Positions 1-9,599 of a stretch of 64,000 bases of DNA are shown here, piece by piece. The position numbers were made by a program, and so were the translations under genes. The stretch lies in sequence record AP017925.1; one strand, 5' to 3'. Each line of letters opens with the position of its first letter. Position 1 is the stretch's first letter. The notes under the pieces were generated by a model. The model made no database searches and had not been told where the DNA came from. It saw only the letters and a list, made by a program, of their open reading frames with translations.

Positions 1-786
1 CTGACCCCAGGTAGCCGGTTTCCCGCCGGCCGGCAGCGGCGAACCTTCCGGCAGCACTGCGACTTCATCGGACGGAACGAAACCCGGAACCGGAGCATCC
101 GGCGGCAGTTCGTCCCACGGCGGAGTCCCGCTGGTAGCGTCGCTGAACAGCGCAGTCAGCGGCAGCAGGTAGTGCACACTCGGCTCGTTGGCGAAGCGCC
201 ACTCGATACAGCTGGCGCCGTTACGATGCACTTTGCAGAAGACCAGATCGCCGAGAGCGAGTTCCGCGTTGGAATTCGGATCGTCTCTGAAAGTACGTAC
301 GACAGCTTTCTCTTCTTCCGATAAGCTCAAGGTGCCGTCGTATTCCTTGATCGCGGGCGCTTCGACACGCCTGCCTTTCTTGTCGAACTGGTTCATCAGC
401 CAAGGCACCACACCTTGGTCAACCAGCGCAGTCCACTGAATGCTGGTGATGCCGTCAGCCAGCAACATGCGCGGCGAGATGTTTTCGCGATCTGGCACTT
501 CAGCCAGATACAGGCGCAGAGCACGGTTGGCGAAGAAGATGCGGTCCTTCTCGTTGTCAGCCGTTTCGGCGCGCGGGTCGATGCCCTTGTACCAAGCGGT
601 CGGGTTGGGGTAGCCGGCGTTGTGCAGCGCGTTGGTCAGGTAGTCAACCGGGTTGAAAGTGGGTGCTGCTGCTTCTTCAGCAACCGGTGCAGCAGCTTCG
701 GCGCTTTCAGCCGGAGCTGCCTCGTTCATTTCGGCCTGGATAGCGGCGAGTTCTTCGGGGGAGTGGAAATTGTTCGGATCTTGCAT
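1..786 (-). CDS. Hypothetical protein, runs off the left edge (partial)
   Basis: Not in the ORF track. Manual reading from ATG at 786 (MQDPNNFHSPEELAAIQAEMNEAAPAE...) stays open to position 1, with phage-typical codon usage. Confidence 0.75.
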   Translation of the reverse strand, partial: MQDPNNFHSPEELAAIQAEMNEAAPAESAEAAAPVAEEAAAPTFNPVDYLTNALHNAGYPNPTAWYKGIDPRAETADNEKDRIFFANRALRLYLAEVPDRENISPRMLLADGITSIQWTALVDQGVVPWLMNQFDKKGRRVEAPAIKEYDGTLSLSEEEKAVVRTFRDDPNSNAELALGDLVFCKVHRNGASCIEWRFANEPSVHYLLPLTALFSDATSGTPPWDELPPDAPVPGFVPSDEVAVLPEGSPLPAGGKPATWGQ

Positions 787-855
787 GATGGTATTTGAGT
801 CGATGGTTGGTTGAGAGAGACGAGAGAGCCTAAGCCCTCCCGCTGCGATTACTTC

Positions 856-2328
856 TTACACCTTGGTCGGAGGCTTCGGCTGAGCCTTCGACAAGTCGAT
901 CTTGGCCTTCTGTTCAGCGGTGAACCAGTACGGAATGTACTCGCCAGTGCGCATGCGCATGAAGTCGAAGGTCGACAGGAAAGGAATGTCCTCGTGAATG
1001 CCCTCAGGAGCCCACCAGCCGCGAGTTTCGAGCAGCACCTTCCAGTCGTACCCCATGGCGATCAGATCGTCGTAGAGTTCCTTAGGAGTGCACAGATACT
1101 CGGGAGAGATGTCGTGCCACAGATAGGTGATCTGCAACATTTCGGCTGCGAGGTTCAAGCCGCGCTGCAGTTCAGGGTGTGCGTCGATCTTGCGACGTAC
1201 TGCGGTACGCGAAAGAGCGATGTCCGGACAGAACTCCAGATAGTAGTTCTGTACGTTGCCACCCAGGCCCCAGCGCTTTTCTTCTTTGATGAAGTGGAAC
1301 TCGCTCAACGACGGCAGCACGCCTTCTTGCTGCGATACGATCAGGCGCACAGCCATACCGGATGGGCCGGACTTACTGCGCAGCTGACGCACCGTCACTT
1401 CGTTCAGGTCGGTGTCGCCAGTGAGGTCGTCGTCCTTGTCGCGCGGGTATTCCGGCGCCTTGGTGGTCTGGTTGCGCAGCGGTGCAGCGTTATAGCAGTG
1501 CCAGCAGTTGTTCATCACGAACGTGAACTTCTCGGGTACGCCTTTGAGTTTCACGCCACCCTGCAAGTGTTGCAGCTTCTTCGGCGGCGGATTACGCGGG
1601 TCCATCGAGAATTCGTTACCGATGTGCGCGGTCATCATCACGTAAGTGTAGGAGCCACCGGACAAAGCCGGTACTTCCATCAGGAAGCGGTTCTTTTGCA
1701 GACCCTGCCGCATGGAAACGGTGTTAGCACCGGATTCACCGAGAGAGTTCTCGTCCTGCATCTTGATCACGTCTTGCGTGACGAATTCCGACATCGAGTC
1801 GACTTCGATCAGAGTCGGCTGGATGATCTTCAGCGGATTGCCGTTGCGATCAAGGAACGGAGACTGGATGGAATATTTGCTCTTGTCCTTGATCTTCATG
1901 TTCATGAAGTCTTTAACGGTGTCGTACCACTGGTCGCCGTGATACACCGTTTTATCAGTGATCTGCCAGCGACCGGATTCGATCACGTCCTCACCCTTGA
2001 ACAGCGGGTTGGACGTAGCCATCCGTTGCAAGTGCCACTCGTGGATGTTGATCTCGGTGTCATACGTCGACATCCCCGACATCGGACCCATGCGCGCCAT
2101 GGTCGTCAGACCAAAGTAGTGCATCACAGTGGACTTGAAGTTGTTGCCGATGCCCACAACGCCAGTCAGGAAGCCCAGACCGCCGTTGAGAATCATCTCC
2201 CCGTGCTTGCCCTTCAGGTATTTACCCGTCGGAATGTCCATGAGGGCGCCAATGTTGATCATGACTTTCACATTTGGCGCTTGTGTGAGGCCCGGCATCA
2301 GTGGGGCCGAAGTTTGAGGTGTTGTCAT
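856..2328 (-). CDS. uvsX: RecA/UvsX-like recombinase (phiKZ-type)
   Basis: Degenerate Walker A GIGNNFKST and Walker B IEVDS; N-terminal INIGALMDIPTG motif; sits near RNase H as in phiKZ-like phages. Start moved to the internal ATG (MTTPQ); 2298 is an alternative. Confidence 0.8.
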   Translation of the reverse strand: MTTPQTSAPLMPGLTQAPNVKVMINIGALMDIPTGKYLKGKHGEMILNGGLGFLTGVVGIGNNFKSTVMHYFGLTTMARMGPMSGMSTYDTEINIHEWHLQRMATSNPLFKGEDVIESGRWQITDKTVYHGDQWYDTVKDFMNMKIKDKSKYSIQSPFLDRNGNPLKIIQPTLIEVDSMSEFVTQDVIKMQDENSLGESGANTVSMRQGLQKNRFLMEVPALSGGSYTYVMMTAHIGNEFSMDPRNPPPKKLQHLQGGVKLKGVPEKFTFVMNNCWHCYNAAPLRNQTTKAPEYPRDKDDDLTGDTDLNEVTVRQLRSKSGPSGMAVRLIVSQQEGVLPSLSEFHFIKEEKRWGLGGNVQNYYLEFCPDIALSRTAVRRKIDAHPELQRGLNLAAEMLQITYLWHDISPEYLCTPKELYDDLIAMGYDWKVLLETRGWWAPEGIHEDIPFLSTFDFMRMRTGEYIPYWFTAEQKAKIDLSKAQPKPPTKV

Positions 2329-2516
2329 TTTGATGATGGGAAACCGTTGGTGAATTCGGATGGGAGAAATTGGGGAAATTTCCCCGGTCATTAGATTTAG
2401 ACGACAGTATTTTGTGACAAAATCACGCCCCCTGGGCAATATGATTTGACACCAAACGTGTGCTTCACGCTTCCTTTGTAGCGAGAGCACCTCTTTCTCT
2501 TATTAACAGGAAAATC

Positions 2517-3365
2517 ATGAAAGCACTCCACTTGGAAGAACCCACAGGAATGGCGGCGCTGGAAGCGCTGGATTCCACTGCGGCTCTTGAAGCCTTCTCG
2601 CTGCGCGCGGTAGCCAACCGTGCAGCTGACATCATCCCCAACCTCTCCCATGCCTTCAACGAAGTGCTTTCCTCGTACAAGGGCGATAAGTACGACTTGC
2701 GTCCACTGTCGGTGAACAAAGTCGTGCTGGACAAGGCACTGGATGGTGCCAACTATCTGGAAGTCGGCAAGCTCAACGTGTTCGTGCCGCAAGGTTTCAT
2801 CGGCAACTTCAAGCAGTACCTGGGTGTGCTCGACCAGGCGCTGAACTTCACCAACAGCATCCAAGCCCGGATGGTCGAGTTCAACCAGCTGGTTTCGGCA
2901 ATGATCACCGACAAGAACACCCGTCAATCGACGAAGGATCTGTCGACTGCGACTTCCAGCATGGAACGTCAGCGCGAAGCCGTACGCGAACAGCTTGATG
3001 GCTTCCAACTCGGTGGTAGCCGTTCGGATCGCGCCCTGCTGCAGAACACCTTCAGCTCGCTCAATGAGATCAAGGAATGCGTGTTCTTGGCTGCTGATCT
3101 GCTGAGCCGTGCCAACCAAGTCACGCTGAACGAAGTTGAAGTGATGACCCGTGATGCCGCCGAACTGCTCAAGGCCCTAGGCGAACAAGCGATGGAAGGC
3201 AAGGTCGAAGGCATGTCGCCGGAAGCCTACAAGAACCTGTCGTCTGCTACGCTGACCATGGCTCGTGACGTGGAATTGCACGCACTGCTGATGTACACCG
3301 TGTACCAAGTCAAGAAGTCGGTGGAACACACTTCCGAAGCGCTGATTCAGGCCCTGCGCTACTGA
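2517..3365 (+). CDS. Conserved jumbo-phage protein, probably virion/head (phiKZ gp153-like position)
   Basis: ATG after AGGAAAA RBS; helical protein with A-x-E motifs near the N-terminus resembling prohead-protease sites; divergent from uvsX. Confidence 0.5.
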   Translation: MKALHLEEPTGMAALEALDSTAALEAFSLRAVANRAADIIPNLSHAFNEVLSSYKGDKYDLRPLSVNKVVLDKALDGANYLEVGKLNVFVPQGFIGNFKQYLGVLDQALNFTNSIQARMVEFNQLVSAMITDKNTRQSTKDLSTATSSMERQREAVREQLDGFQLGGSRSDRALLQNTFSSLNEIKECVFLAADLLSRANQVTLNEVEVMTRDAAELLKALGEQAMEGKVEGMSPEAYKNLSSATLTMARDVELHALLMYTVYQVKKSVEHTSEALIQALRY

Positions 3366-3379
3366 TCGATAAAACGACA

Positions 3380-3425
3380 GCATAACACCCCGTACTGGCC
3401 TTGTGAGCCAGTACGGGGTTTATGA
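3380..3425. terminator. Bidirectional hairpin terminator with GCATAA/TTATG flanks
   Basis: ACCCCGTACTGGC/GCCAGTACGGGGT 13-bp stem between convergent genes. Confidence 0.8.
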
Positions 3426-3446
3426 CGGTGCAGAAGAGGTATCTCC

Positions 3447-3851
3447 TTACGCCACTGCCGGGTGGTGGATAGCCAGTAGCGTTTTGAAGTCTTTGAGCAT
3501 GAAGGCATCGGATGCATAGCGCAACCAAGACGGGATGTTGCGCACGAATTCGGCAGCGGCTTCGTCTTCCTTCTGCTCACCACGGATCGCCGTTTTCGCC
3601 ACTGCTGTGCACTCATCAAGATCGTTCGAGATGAATTTGCCAAGCTTAGCTGGGAGATCCAGAGCGCTGTTATCCTTGCACAGTGCAAAAGCACCATTCA
3701 AACGATCGCATTGCTCTTTGGTGAAACGCTGCGCACCACACATCTTGCTGTACAAGGTACTCCAGAGTACCAGACGCTTAGTGTGGGCGGGCAGCATGGT
3801 GGAGATTGCTTTCAGCGTTTTGGATACGCCTCGGCAAAAAATGGGTGCCAT
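3447..3851 (-). CDS. Hypothetical protein (134 aa)
   Basis: ORF fills the gap between the terminator and the RNase H gene, co-oriented with RNase H. Confidence 0.6.
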   Translation of the reverse strand: MAPIFCRGVSKTLKAISTMLPAHTKRLVLWSTLYSKMCGAQRFTKEQCDRLNGAFALCKDNSALDLPAKLGKFISNDLDECTAVAKTAIRGEQKEDEAAAEFVRNIPSWLRYASDAFMLKDFKTLLAIHHPAVA

Positions 3852-3935
3852 GTTTAGTTCGCTCCGTTAGGGGCGGCTCGTAGACCGCCCTCTTCTCGGT
3901 TTCAAGAATGGAGACAACACAAGCTTCGGTAAGGA

Positions 3936-5537
3936 TTACTTCGCCTTCGCTTTAGCGGATGGTTTCGCCGTTACGCGAATACTGGAATTCACCCCAGACC
4001 AAATCCCGACGTCATCTCCGGCCTCAATCACGACCGCGTACATGAAAGACCCACCGCCCAAGTTGTTGGTCAGCAACCACATCTTGGGATGTTTGTCTTC
4101 CAAACGCCGCAACGCATTACGGTCAGGCAGGTCAATGCCGAGTCGCAGCGTGATATCACACGATTTAACTTCGCCATTGGATTCTTTCCATTGCGCTTGC
4201 GTTTTGTGCTTGGCGTAGCCGACAATGATTTCCGGCTTGAGCGAACATACCGTTTTGGTACGCGGCTCTTCACCTTTCTTGACCTTTTCCGCGACTTCCT
4301 CGTAATTGAAGAACTCGCTGGTGATCTCGGTGGTTTGCAGCGTGGCCTGATCCGGCTTCTTGTAGTTATCCAAGAAGTCAGAAAGGATGTCCATGTTATC
4401 GAACACACGGTCAACCAAGAACGGCGGCATGCATTCGGTAGTAACCAGCACCTTACCGAATGTCTGGAGATGGCGTTTGTGATCCACCACGCGATGCAGG
4501 AAGTCAGTCCCATACAGGTCAAGGTAACGACCGGCAGCACCATAGATGTTGTCGAGGTCGAACTTGAACTTGTAGTCAACTTCACGCGGCAAAGACACCT
4601 GTTTGGCAATGACGTTTTCGAGGTAGCGCTGTGGTTCAATGCGAACCACGGAGAAACCATCGTCAGCCGTGCGTTTGCCATCCAGTTCCGAATCCTTACC
4701 TTGCGTGCTCATGTAGTATTCGGTCCGCTCACCTTCGGCAGCATCGATACCGAGATAGCCGTAGCGCTGGCACATCATCGGATGACGCAAATCCGAACGC
4801 GACGCCCAATAGTCCGTCGCTTCAGAGATACGGAAGCTGGTATCCAGTTTGGCCACATCTTTCGGATACTTCGACGTGATGCGCGCAGCGGTAGCTAGAT
4901 CGTCAGCAGAGTTGTTACCGATGCAGGTGCCGTGACCTTCCACCCATTCGAAGTGAACTCGGATACCGCGTTCACGAATCGCTTTACCGATACGGTCAGC
5001 ACGTTCCCACAGTTCCTTGTTCTTGACGGTGGTGCCGTCGCGACGAACGAAGTTGTTGTTGAGCCAGTTGGCCAGATAGGTGTTGTGGCCGTCGACCACG
5101 TACCGGCTGTCCTGACGGATTACGATGATCGCGGTCTGATCAAAGTCCGGCTCGGTGATGATGCGTTCCAGGCAGTGGATGGCACCCAGTAGTTCAGCCG
5201 TGTTGTTGGTGCCGCCGTATTCCAGCGGGATATAGCTATCGTAGTACCGTTCGATCGGTACGCGATGTTCGAAGTTGGAGGCATTGCCCGTGGTGCCGTC
5301 CAACCATTCCAGAAACGCCTCACGCGTCATTTCGTTGACTTCGTTCTTGAAGTCCTTGCTGGCGAACTCGAACGAATCGCCTTTGGAGATGTACCCGCGG
5401 AATGTGGCGGAGTGTGTATTGTGACCGATGCCCTTAGCCGTCAGACCGAGATTCCAGCGATAACCGTGCAAGCCAGCACCGCTGTATTCGTTCTGCGGAT
5501 GACATCCGCCGTCGGGATAAAAGACGTAACCGAACAT
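3936..5537 (-). CDS. rnh: RNase HI with large C-terminal extension
   Basis: RNase HI motifs: YPDGGC, TNNTAEL, DSRYVVDG, KNKELW, WVEGH..GNNSADDLA. Confidence 0.9.
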   Translation of the reverse strand: MFGYVFYPDGGCHPQNEYSGAGLHGYRWNLGLTAKGIGHNTHSATFRGYISKGDSFEFASKDFKNEVNEMTREAFLEWLDGTTGNASNFEHRVPIERYYDSYIPLEYGGTNNTAELLGAIHCLERIITEPDFDQTAIIVIRQDSRYVVDGHNTYLANWLNNNFVRRDGTTVKNKELWERADRIGKAIRERGIRVHFEWVEGHGTCIGNNSADDLATAARITSKYPKDVAKLDTSFRISEATDYWASRSDLRHPMMCQRYGYLGIDAAEGERTEYYMSTQGKDSELDGKRTADDGFSVVRIEPQRYLENVIAKQVSLPREVDYKFKFDLDNIYGAAGRYLDLYGTDFLHRVVDHKRHLQTFGKVLVTTECMPPFLVDRVFDNMDILSDFLDNYKKPDQATLQTTEITSEFFNYEEVAEKVKKGEEPRTKTVCSLKPEIIVGYAKHKTQAQWKESNGEVKSCDITLRLGIDLPDRNALRRLEDKHPKMWLLTNNLGGGSFMYAVVIEAGDDVGIWSGVNSSIRVTAKPSAKAKAK

Positions 5538-5626
5538 AATTAGTGTTTTTCTGCGATGTGTGAAAAGTGAGAAGACGATAGGTTGGAAAACTCCTACACA
5601 CTATCGCCTTCCGGGTAAAATCCCCA

Positions 5627-6043
5627 TCACTTAATCACACAACGCCTTACGTAGTCCGCATAGTGCTTTTTCTGCATGTCTGCGTACTCCTTAAGTTGTT
5701 GATGTAATGCTTGAACATTCCGGAGCGCAATCGCATTGATCTCTTGAGCCGTAGGAGCTGCCTCCAACTCTTTCAGATCAATGCGCTTGGGTTCAGGCAC
5801 CGGCAACGGAACGTACACACGGCATTCGGGACGAATATGTGCATTACCCTCCGGTGCCGATGGAGCTGTCGCCAATTTTACTTCTTTCTTTTCCTCGACA
5901 CCCGCAACGCCTAAAAAGACGTCACGGGTGATCGTAGTCCTCGTAGCAAACCGCGGCTCATACGTGGATGAATGGTAAGTGTTGACAGTGCATCCGGAAA
6001 GAAGGACACCGAACAGGACCTGGCTGAAAGTGGTGCGAATCAT
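5627..6043 (-). CDS. Putative lipoprotein
   Basis: Lipobox LLSGC after a hydrophobic stretch; Pro-rich linker; start overlaps the stop of the upstream membrane-protein gene (ATGA). Confidence 0.6.
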   Translation of the reverse strand: MIRTTFSQVLFGVLLSGCTVNTYHSSTYEPRFATRTTITRDVFLGVAGVEEKKEVKLATAPSAPEGNAHIRPECRVYVPLPVPEPKRIDLKELEAAPTAQEINAIALRNVQALHQQLKEYADMQKKHYADYVRRCVIK

Positions 6044-6465
6044 TTTCGAGGTGCTCCATAAAGGACGTTGAGTTCCCTCACAGTTTGCTCGTAGAGCACA
6101 TCGCGTTCGGAAATGCTCCGGTCAGGGCGGGGAATGGTAGGGAGTTCGTGCTTCTCAGTGGCTGCTGGCTGATGCGGCGCCTGATGCTCGTCGTGGCGCG
6201 GAGCCAGAGCCATCAGTTTCCCAATGACTTTGTAGTTGATGAACAACGACAGCATGAGGATAACCAGAACCATGAACAAGAAGCGACGAGATTGCTGCAT
6301 CTTGTCTACGCACCAGCGTGCGACGTCGCTTACGAACTGCATTTTCTTATCTTGCTGTTTTCCCGAGGCGCCTTCTTTGGTAGCGTCTTGGTCTTTGATT
6401 TTATCGCCGACAAACATTTCTTTCAGAAAGGGCCACAGACTAACGAGTAGCTGGATGAAGGCCAT
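6040..6465 (-). CDS. Putative membrane protein
   Basis: Hydrophobic segment FLFMVLVILMLSLFINY; translationally coupled to the lipoprotein gene. Confidence 0.65.
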   Translation of the reverse strand: MAFIQLLVSLWPFLKEMFVGDKIKDQDATKEGASGKQQDKKMQFVSDVARWCVDKMQQSRRFLFMVLVILMLSLFINYKVIGKLMALAPRHDEHQAPHQPAATEKHELPTIPRPDRSISERDVLYEQTVRELNVLYGAPRK

Positions 6466-6540
6466 GAAAGCTCCTTAATTCTGTGTGTATGGTCGGCTAT
6501 ACCGACCGGAGATACTCCCCTGTTAGTTACGTAATGGAGA

Positions 6541-7848
6541 ATGAGAGATATGTACTCAACAAAAAGCTTTTGCGAAGTATTTGCATTTGCTTCGAATGAG
6601 CCGGGCGTAATTAGCCCGATTGGCGAACTCACTACTTTTGCCGAGACGTTCACCAAAGAACTCGGCATCTATCACCATAGCTCGCTCGATGGCTATGACC
6701 TGATGAACTTCAGCAGCGTACAGGACGGCGTCAAGAAGTCGATGTCACCTGTCAATGTCGATCAGGCTGTTGCACTGGTCGACCAAGTCGTCAAAGCTAC
6801 ACTCAGCACGTCGGGCGAGCTGTTCTACGATGAAGTGTTGCTGGCACTCAAGACCAAGGCAGATTCGCTGAACGTGACCTCTGTCAACATGGGCGCAATG
6901 GTTAGCGATGGCACACACTGGGTGCCGGAGTGGATTTCGTGGGTCGATGCTAATACTGGTGCCGGTGACAATCAGCATAAGGTCTGGTTGGCGCTGGATT
7001 CGTTCAAAAACCAGTACACCGACTACGATATCGTCGTCGTGCCGCCTTTTGACAACCTGGATATCTTCTTCAATCCGGGCTCCATCGTGGAGTCCAACGT
7101 CCAGGCTATCACGCCCACTCAAATGATGGAGCGGGCGGACGCCGCAAAAGCCGGGAATCCCGAGACGGTTCTTCGCACCGATCCCTACGAATACCGTGAT
7201 CCGGTGAACACTTCGCGTCGTTTCGATGTCTATTGGACTGTGCTGATTTATGGCGCCGCCGGCAACGATCCGGACATCATTCGCGATGCGCTGGTGACCT
7301 ACATCCTGGCTAACAGTACCCATGGACGTGACGAGTGGGCGACGATTTTCCCGGACATCTTCAAGCGGACTGAATTCATCTTCGCTCCGTTCTGGCTGTC
7401 CTATGCCGCTGAACAGCGAGTCTTCGATTACGGTATCTACAGTCCGATCGTTGACAATGCCAATCCGGTAGCTTGGCTGACCAACGAAGCCTACGGTTAC
7501 ACCGTTGATCAGATCAAAGCTGTTTCGCAGGTGATGGGTTTCCCCTATCGCTCGATGCAGATGGCTGTGGTTGGCCACATCGAGAACCGCGATGGCAAGA
7601 TGAAGATCACGGACTACTATCCGGACTTCATCAACGTCGGCACGGAATCCACCGACTTCGGTCGCATGTCTTTGCCGACTCAGCAATGGGCTTCGGTCAT
7701 GATGGATCTGATTAAGACCGCCGAAGCGATGAACGATTCGACCGATATGCCGCGCGGGATGTACCGCGTGGTTCGTGGCAACAAGACCTACGTCGGCAAG
7801 AGCTACAACCGCCTCCTGCTGCTGGTGCTGGCCAAGTATAGCAGCTAA
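6541..7848 (+). CDS. Conserved jumbo-phage virion structural protein
   Basis: 435-aa ORF in the phiKZ-like block between RNase H and SbcC; function inferred from synteny only. Confidence 0.55.
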   Translation: MRDMYSTKSFCEVFAFASNEPGVISPIGELTTFAETFTKELGIYHHSSLDGYDLMNFSSVQDGVKKSMSPVNVDQAVALVDQVVKATLSTSGELFYDEVLLALKTKADSLNVTSVNMGAMVSDGTHWVPEWISWVDANTGAGDNQHKVWLALDSFKNQYTDYDIVVVPPFDNLDIFFNPGSIVESNVQAITPTQMMERADAAKAGNPETVLRTDPYEYRDPVNTSRRFDVYWTVLIYGAAGNDPDIIRDALVTYILANSTHGRDEWATIFPDIFKRTEFIFAPFWLSYAAEQRVFDYGIYSPIVDNANPVAWLTNEAYGYTVDQIKAVSQVMGFPYRSMQMAVVGHIENRDGKMKITDYYPDFINVGTESTDFGRMSLPTQQWASVMMDLIKTAEAMNDSTDMPRGMYRVVRGNKTYVGKSYNRLLLLVLAKYSS

Positions 7849-7862
7849 TGGAGGGCTGAGTT

Positions 7863-8495
7863 ATGGCATTGATCCCACCGGTTGGTACATCCGGCATTTA
7901 TAAGCTCGATGCTCCGTTCGCGGCGCAGTTGCAGCCCAACATGTCGTATCGTTGCGACGCCATTCGTCGTCTCTCGGACTTATTGGAACTGGGGATCGAT
8001 CCCTTCGCTGAGTTCTACGACAAGAATGGGCTGACGAAAGAGAAGTACGACGCAGACGTGGTAAACCAAGTTTGCATGATTTCTCTGGTGTCGTCAAGCG
8101 GTCACTGGTTGTATGTACCGTCGACCTACGTACTGGCCTACCCCGATCTCAACGGAGTGCCGTACACGGTGATGGTGCTGGGCTTGGAATTGGGTGCTAT
8201 TCCCAATTACAAGGACCTGACTGGTCTGAAACAAGCTCTGGCCAATCTGACGCGCGATACGATTGGCGTGATGCCGACTGTAAAGGAGGTGGCCGTTTCG
8301 GCTGTCTCGAAGCTTTCTCAGGCTGATGCGGATGCCTTGGAAGCTGCGCGGCAGCAGTTGATCACCAACTCCCAAACGGACCGTGCTAAGTTACTGGCAG
8401 TGCAGCAAGCATATGCTTCCCTGCAACAACAGTATGCAGCGCTCGAAGCATACGTCCAGCAACACGCACTGACCCAAGCACCAACCTCGCCATAA
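7863..8495 (+). CDS. Conserved jumbo-phage protein
   Basis: RBS GGAGG; C-terminal coiled coil; followed by a terminator. Confidence 0.6.
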   Translation: MALIPPVGTSGIYKLDAPFAAQLQPNMSYRCDAIRRLSDLLELGIDPFAEFYDKNGLTKEKYDADVVNQVCMISLVSSSGHWLYVPSTYVLAYPDLNGVPYTVMVLGLELGAIPNYKDLTGLKQALANLTRDTIGVMPTVKEVAVSAVSKLSQADADALEAARQQLITNSQTDRAKLLAVQQAYASLQQQYAALEAYVQQHALTQAPTSP

Positions 8496-8505
8496 GCAAC
8501 ATAAA

Positions 8506-8538
8506 GCCAGGAGGGGAAACCCTCCTGGCTCTTATGCC
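8506..8538. terminator. Hairpin terminator, identical 33-bp copy 1
   Basis: GCCAGGAGGG-GAAA-CCCTCCTGGC stem-loop plus TCTTATGCC, between convergent genes. Confidence 0.85.
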
Positions 8539-8546
8539 CTTGAAGA

Positions 8547-9506
8547 TTAATCGTTGTCGGTTCCATCCAGATGACCGTGGAAGACTGGAGCAGTAACATC
8601 ACCTTCGAATACGGCATCGCCCGTGGCACGAATCTTACCGTTAAGTACGATGTCGCCACCGGAACCATCCGCAGCACCGGTCGTCATACCCTGCGCAATC
8701 GCCAAGCTACCGCCAACGATAGCGTTGCTACCGGACTGGAAGATCTCGGTGGTAATCAGCTGCGGCGTCACGAAAGTAGCTTTCGCTGCTTTAGTAGCGT
8801 ATTCACCTTCTACAATCAAGTTGTACTTCCCTTTCACATTGGTGGTAAAGTCACCCTCAACGTTGATTAGGAGATCTTTACCATCCAGATTAATGAAGGT
8901 GCCGTCGGCATTCTTCAAAAGCATCCGTTTAGCGCCGGAGTCCCAGTGGAAGACGTTTTCGATCGTATCGAGGAACTGGAGCAGACCGTCTTTGGTGTTG
9001 ATCGAGATGTCGTAGCCGTAGGGTTCGCCATCAGCTTGCGAGGTATGGAACCGTACCTGCTTGGTATGCGTCGAGATTTCCAAGAAGTAGGTATTATCCT
9101 CTCCAGGAGTAGCGTTCTCATCCTGCGTGCCGCTGAAGCCGAAGATCACTGTTTCCAGCTTACGGAATTTCTCTTCGTACTCACATTCACTCCAGTAATA
9201 CTTGTCCGCATCTGCAAACTTCCAGATACAGACCTTTTCGCCCCGGCGTACGTCCGGTGCAGTCTTACGATTCGAGCTGAATGGTAACCACCGCGCTGTC
9301 AGCGTAGCGGACTGGTGAACCGTAGTTTCAAATGAGGCACCGTCGGCATCGGTGCCCTTGTTGTTTGTAGAGGTAAGGTTGTCGGTCAGTTCCCCGTTTG
9401 TCATGGGAAGCTGCTCCATCGGTGTTACCTGAATCTCTTTCGACGACAGCAGCTTGTTCGCCGCAACAATGCCGTACGAATACATGACAAGCTTGCTTGA
9501 TTCCAT
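8547..9506 (-). CDS. Baseplate central spike / puncturing protein (gp5/gpV-like)
   Basis: Start trimmed to MESSKLVMYSYG. N-terminal region with DADKYYW, Gly-rich beta-helix-like repeats, C-terminal FHGHLDG HxH motif; divergent from SbcC as in phiKZ. Confidence 0.6.
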   Translation of the reverse strand: MESSKLVMYSYGIVAANKLLSSKEIQVTPMEQLPMTNGELTDNLTSTNNKGTDADGASFETTVHQSATLTARWLPFSSNRKTAPDVRRGEKVCIWKFADADKYYWSECEYEEKFRKLETVIFGFSGTQDENATPGEDNTYFLEISTHTKQVRFHTSQADGEPYGYDISINTKDGLLQFLDTIENVFHWDSGAKRMLLKNADGTFINLDGKDLLINVEGDFTTNVKGKYNLIVEGEYATKAAKATFVTPQLITTEIFQSGSNAIVGGSLAIAQGMTTGAADGSGGDIVLNGKIRATGDAVFEGDVTAPVFHGHLDGTDND

Positions 9507-9599
9507 TGCGTATCCAGAAGAAGGCCAGAGAGTAGGATTTAACACTTTCTGGCAATTTATTGTTGGTAGTATGCACCAAAAACTCAAAGAATTGATCCA

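Noticed and set aside
811-2394. 527-aa plus-strand ORF
   Set aside because: Antisense to uvsX, which carries the recognisable motifs.
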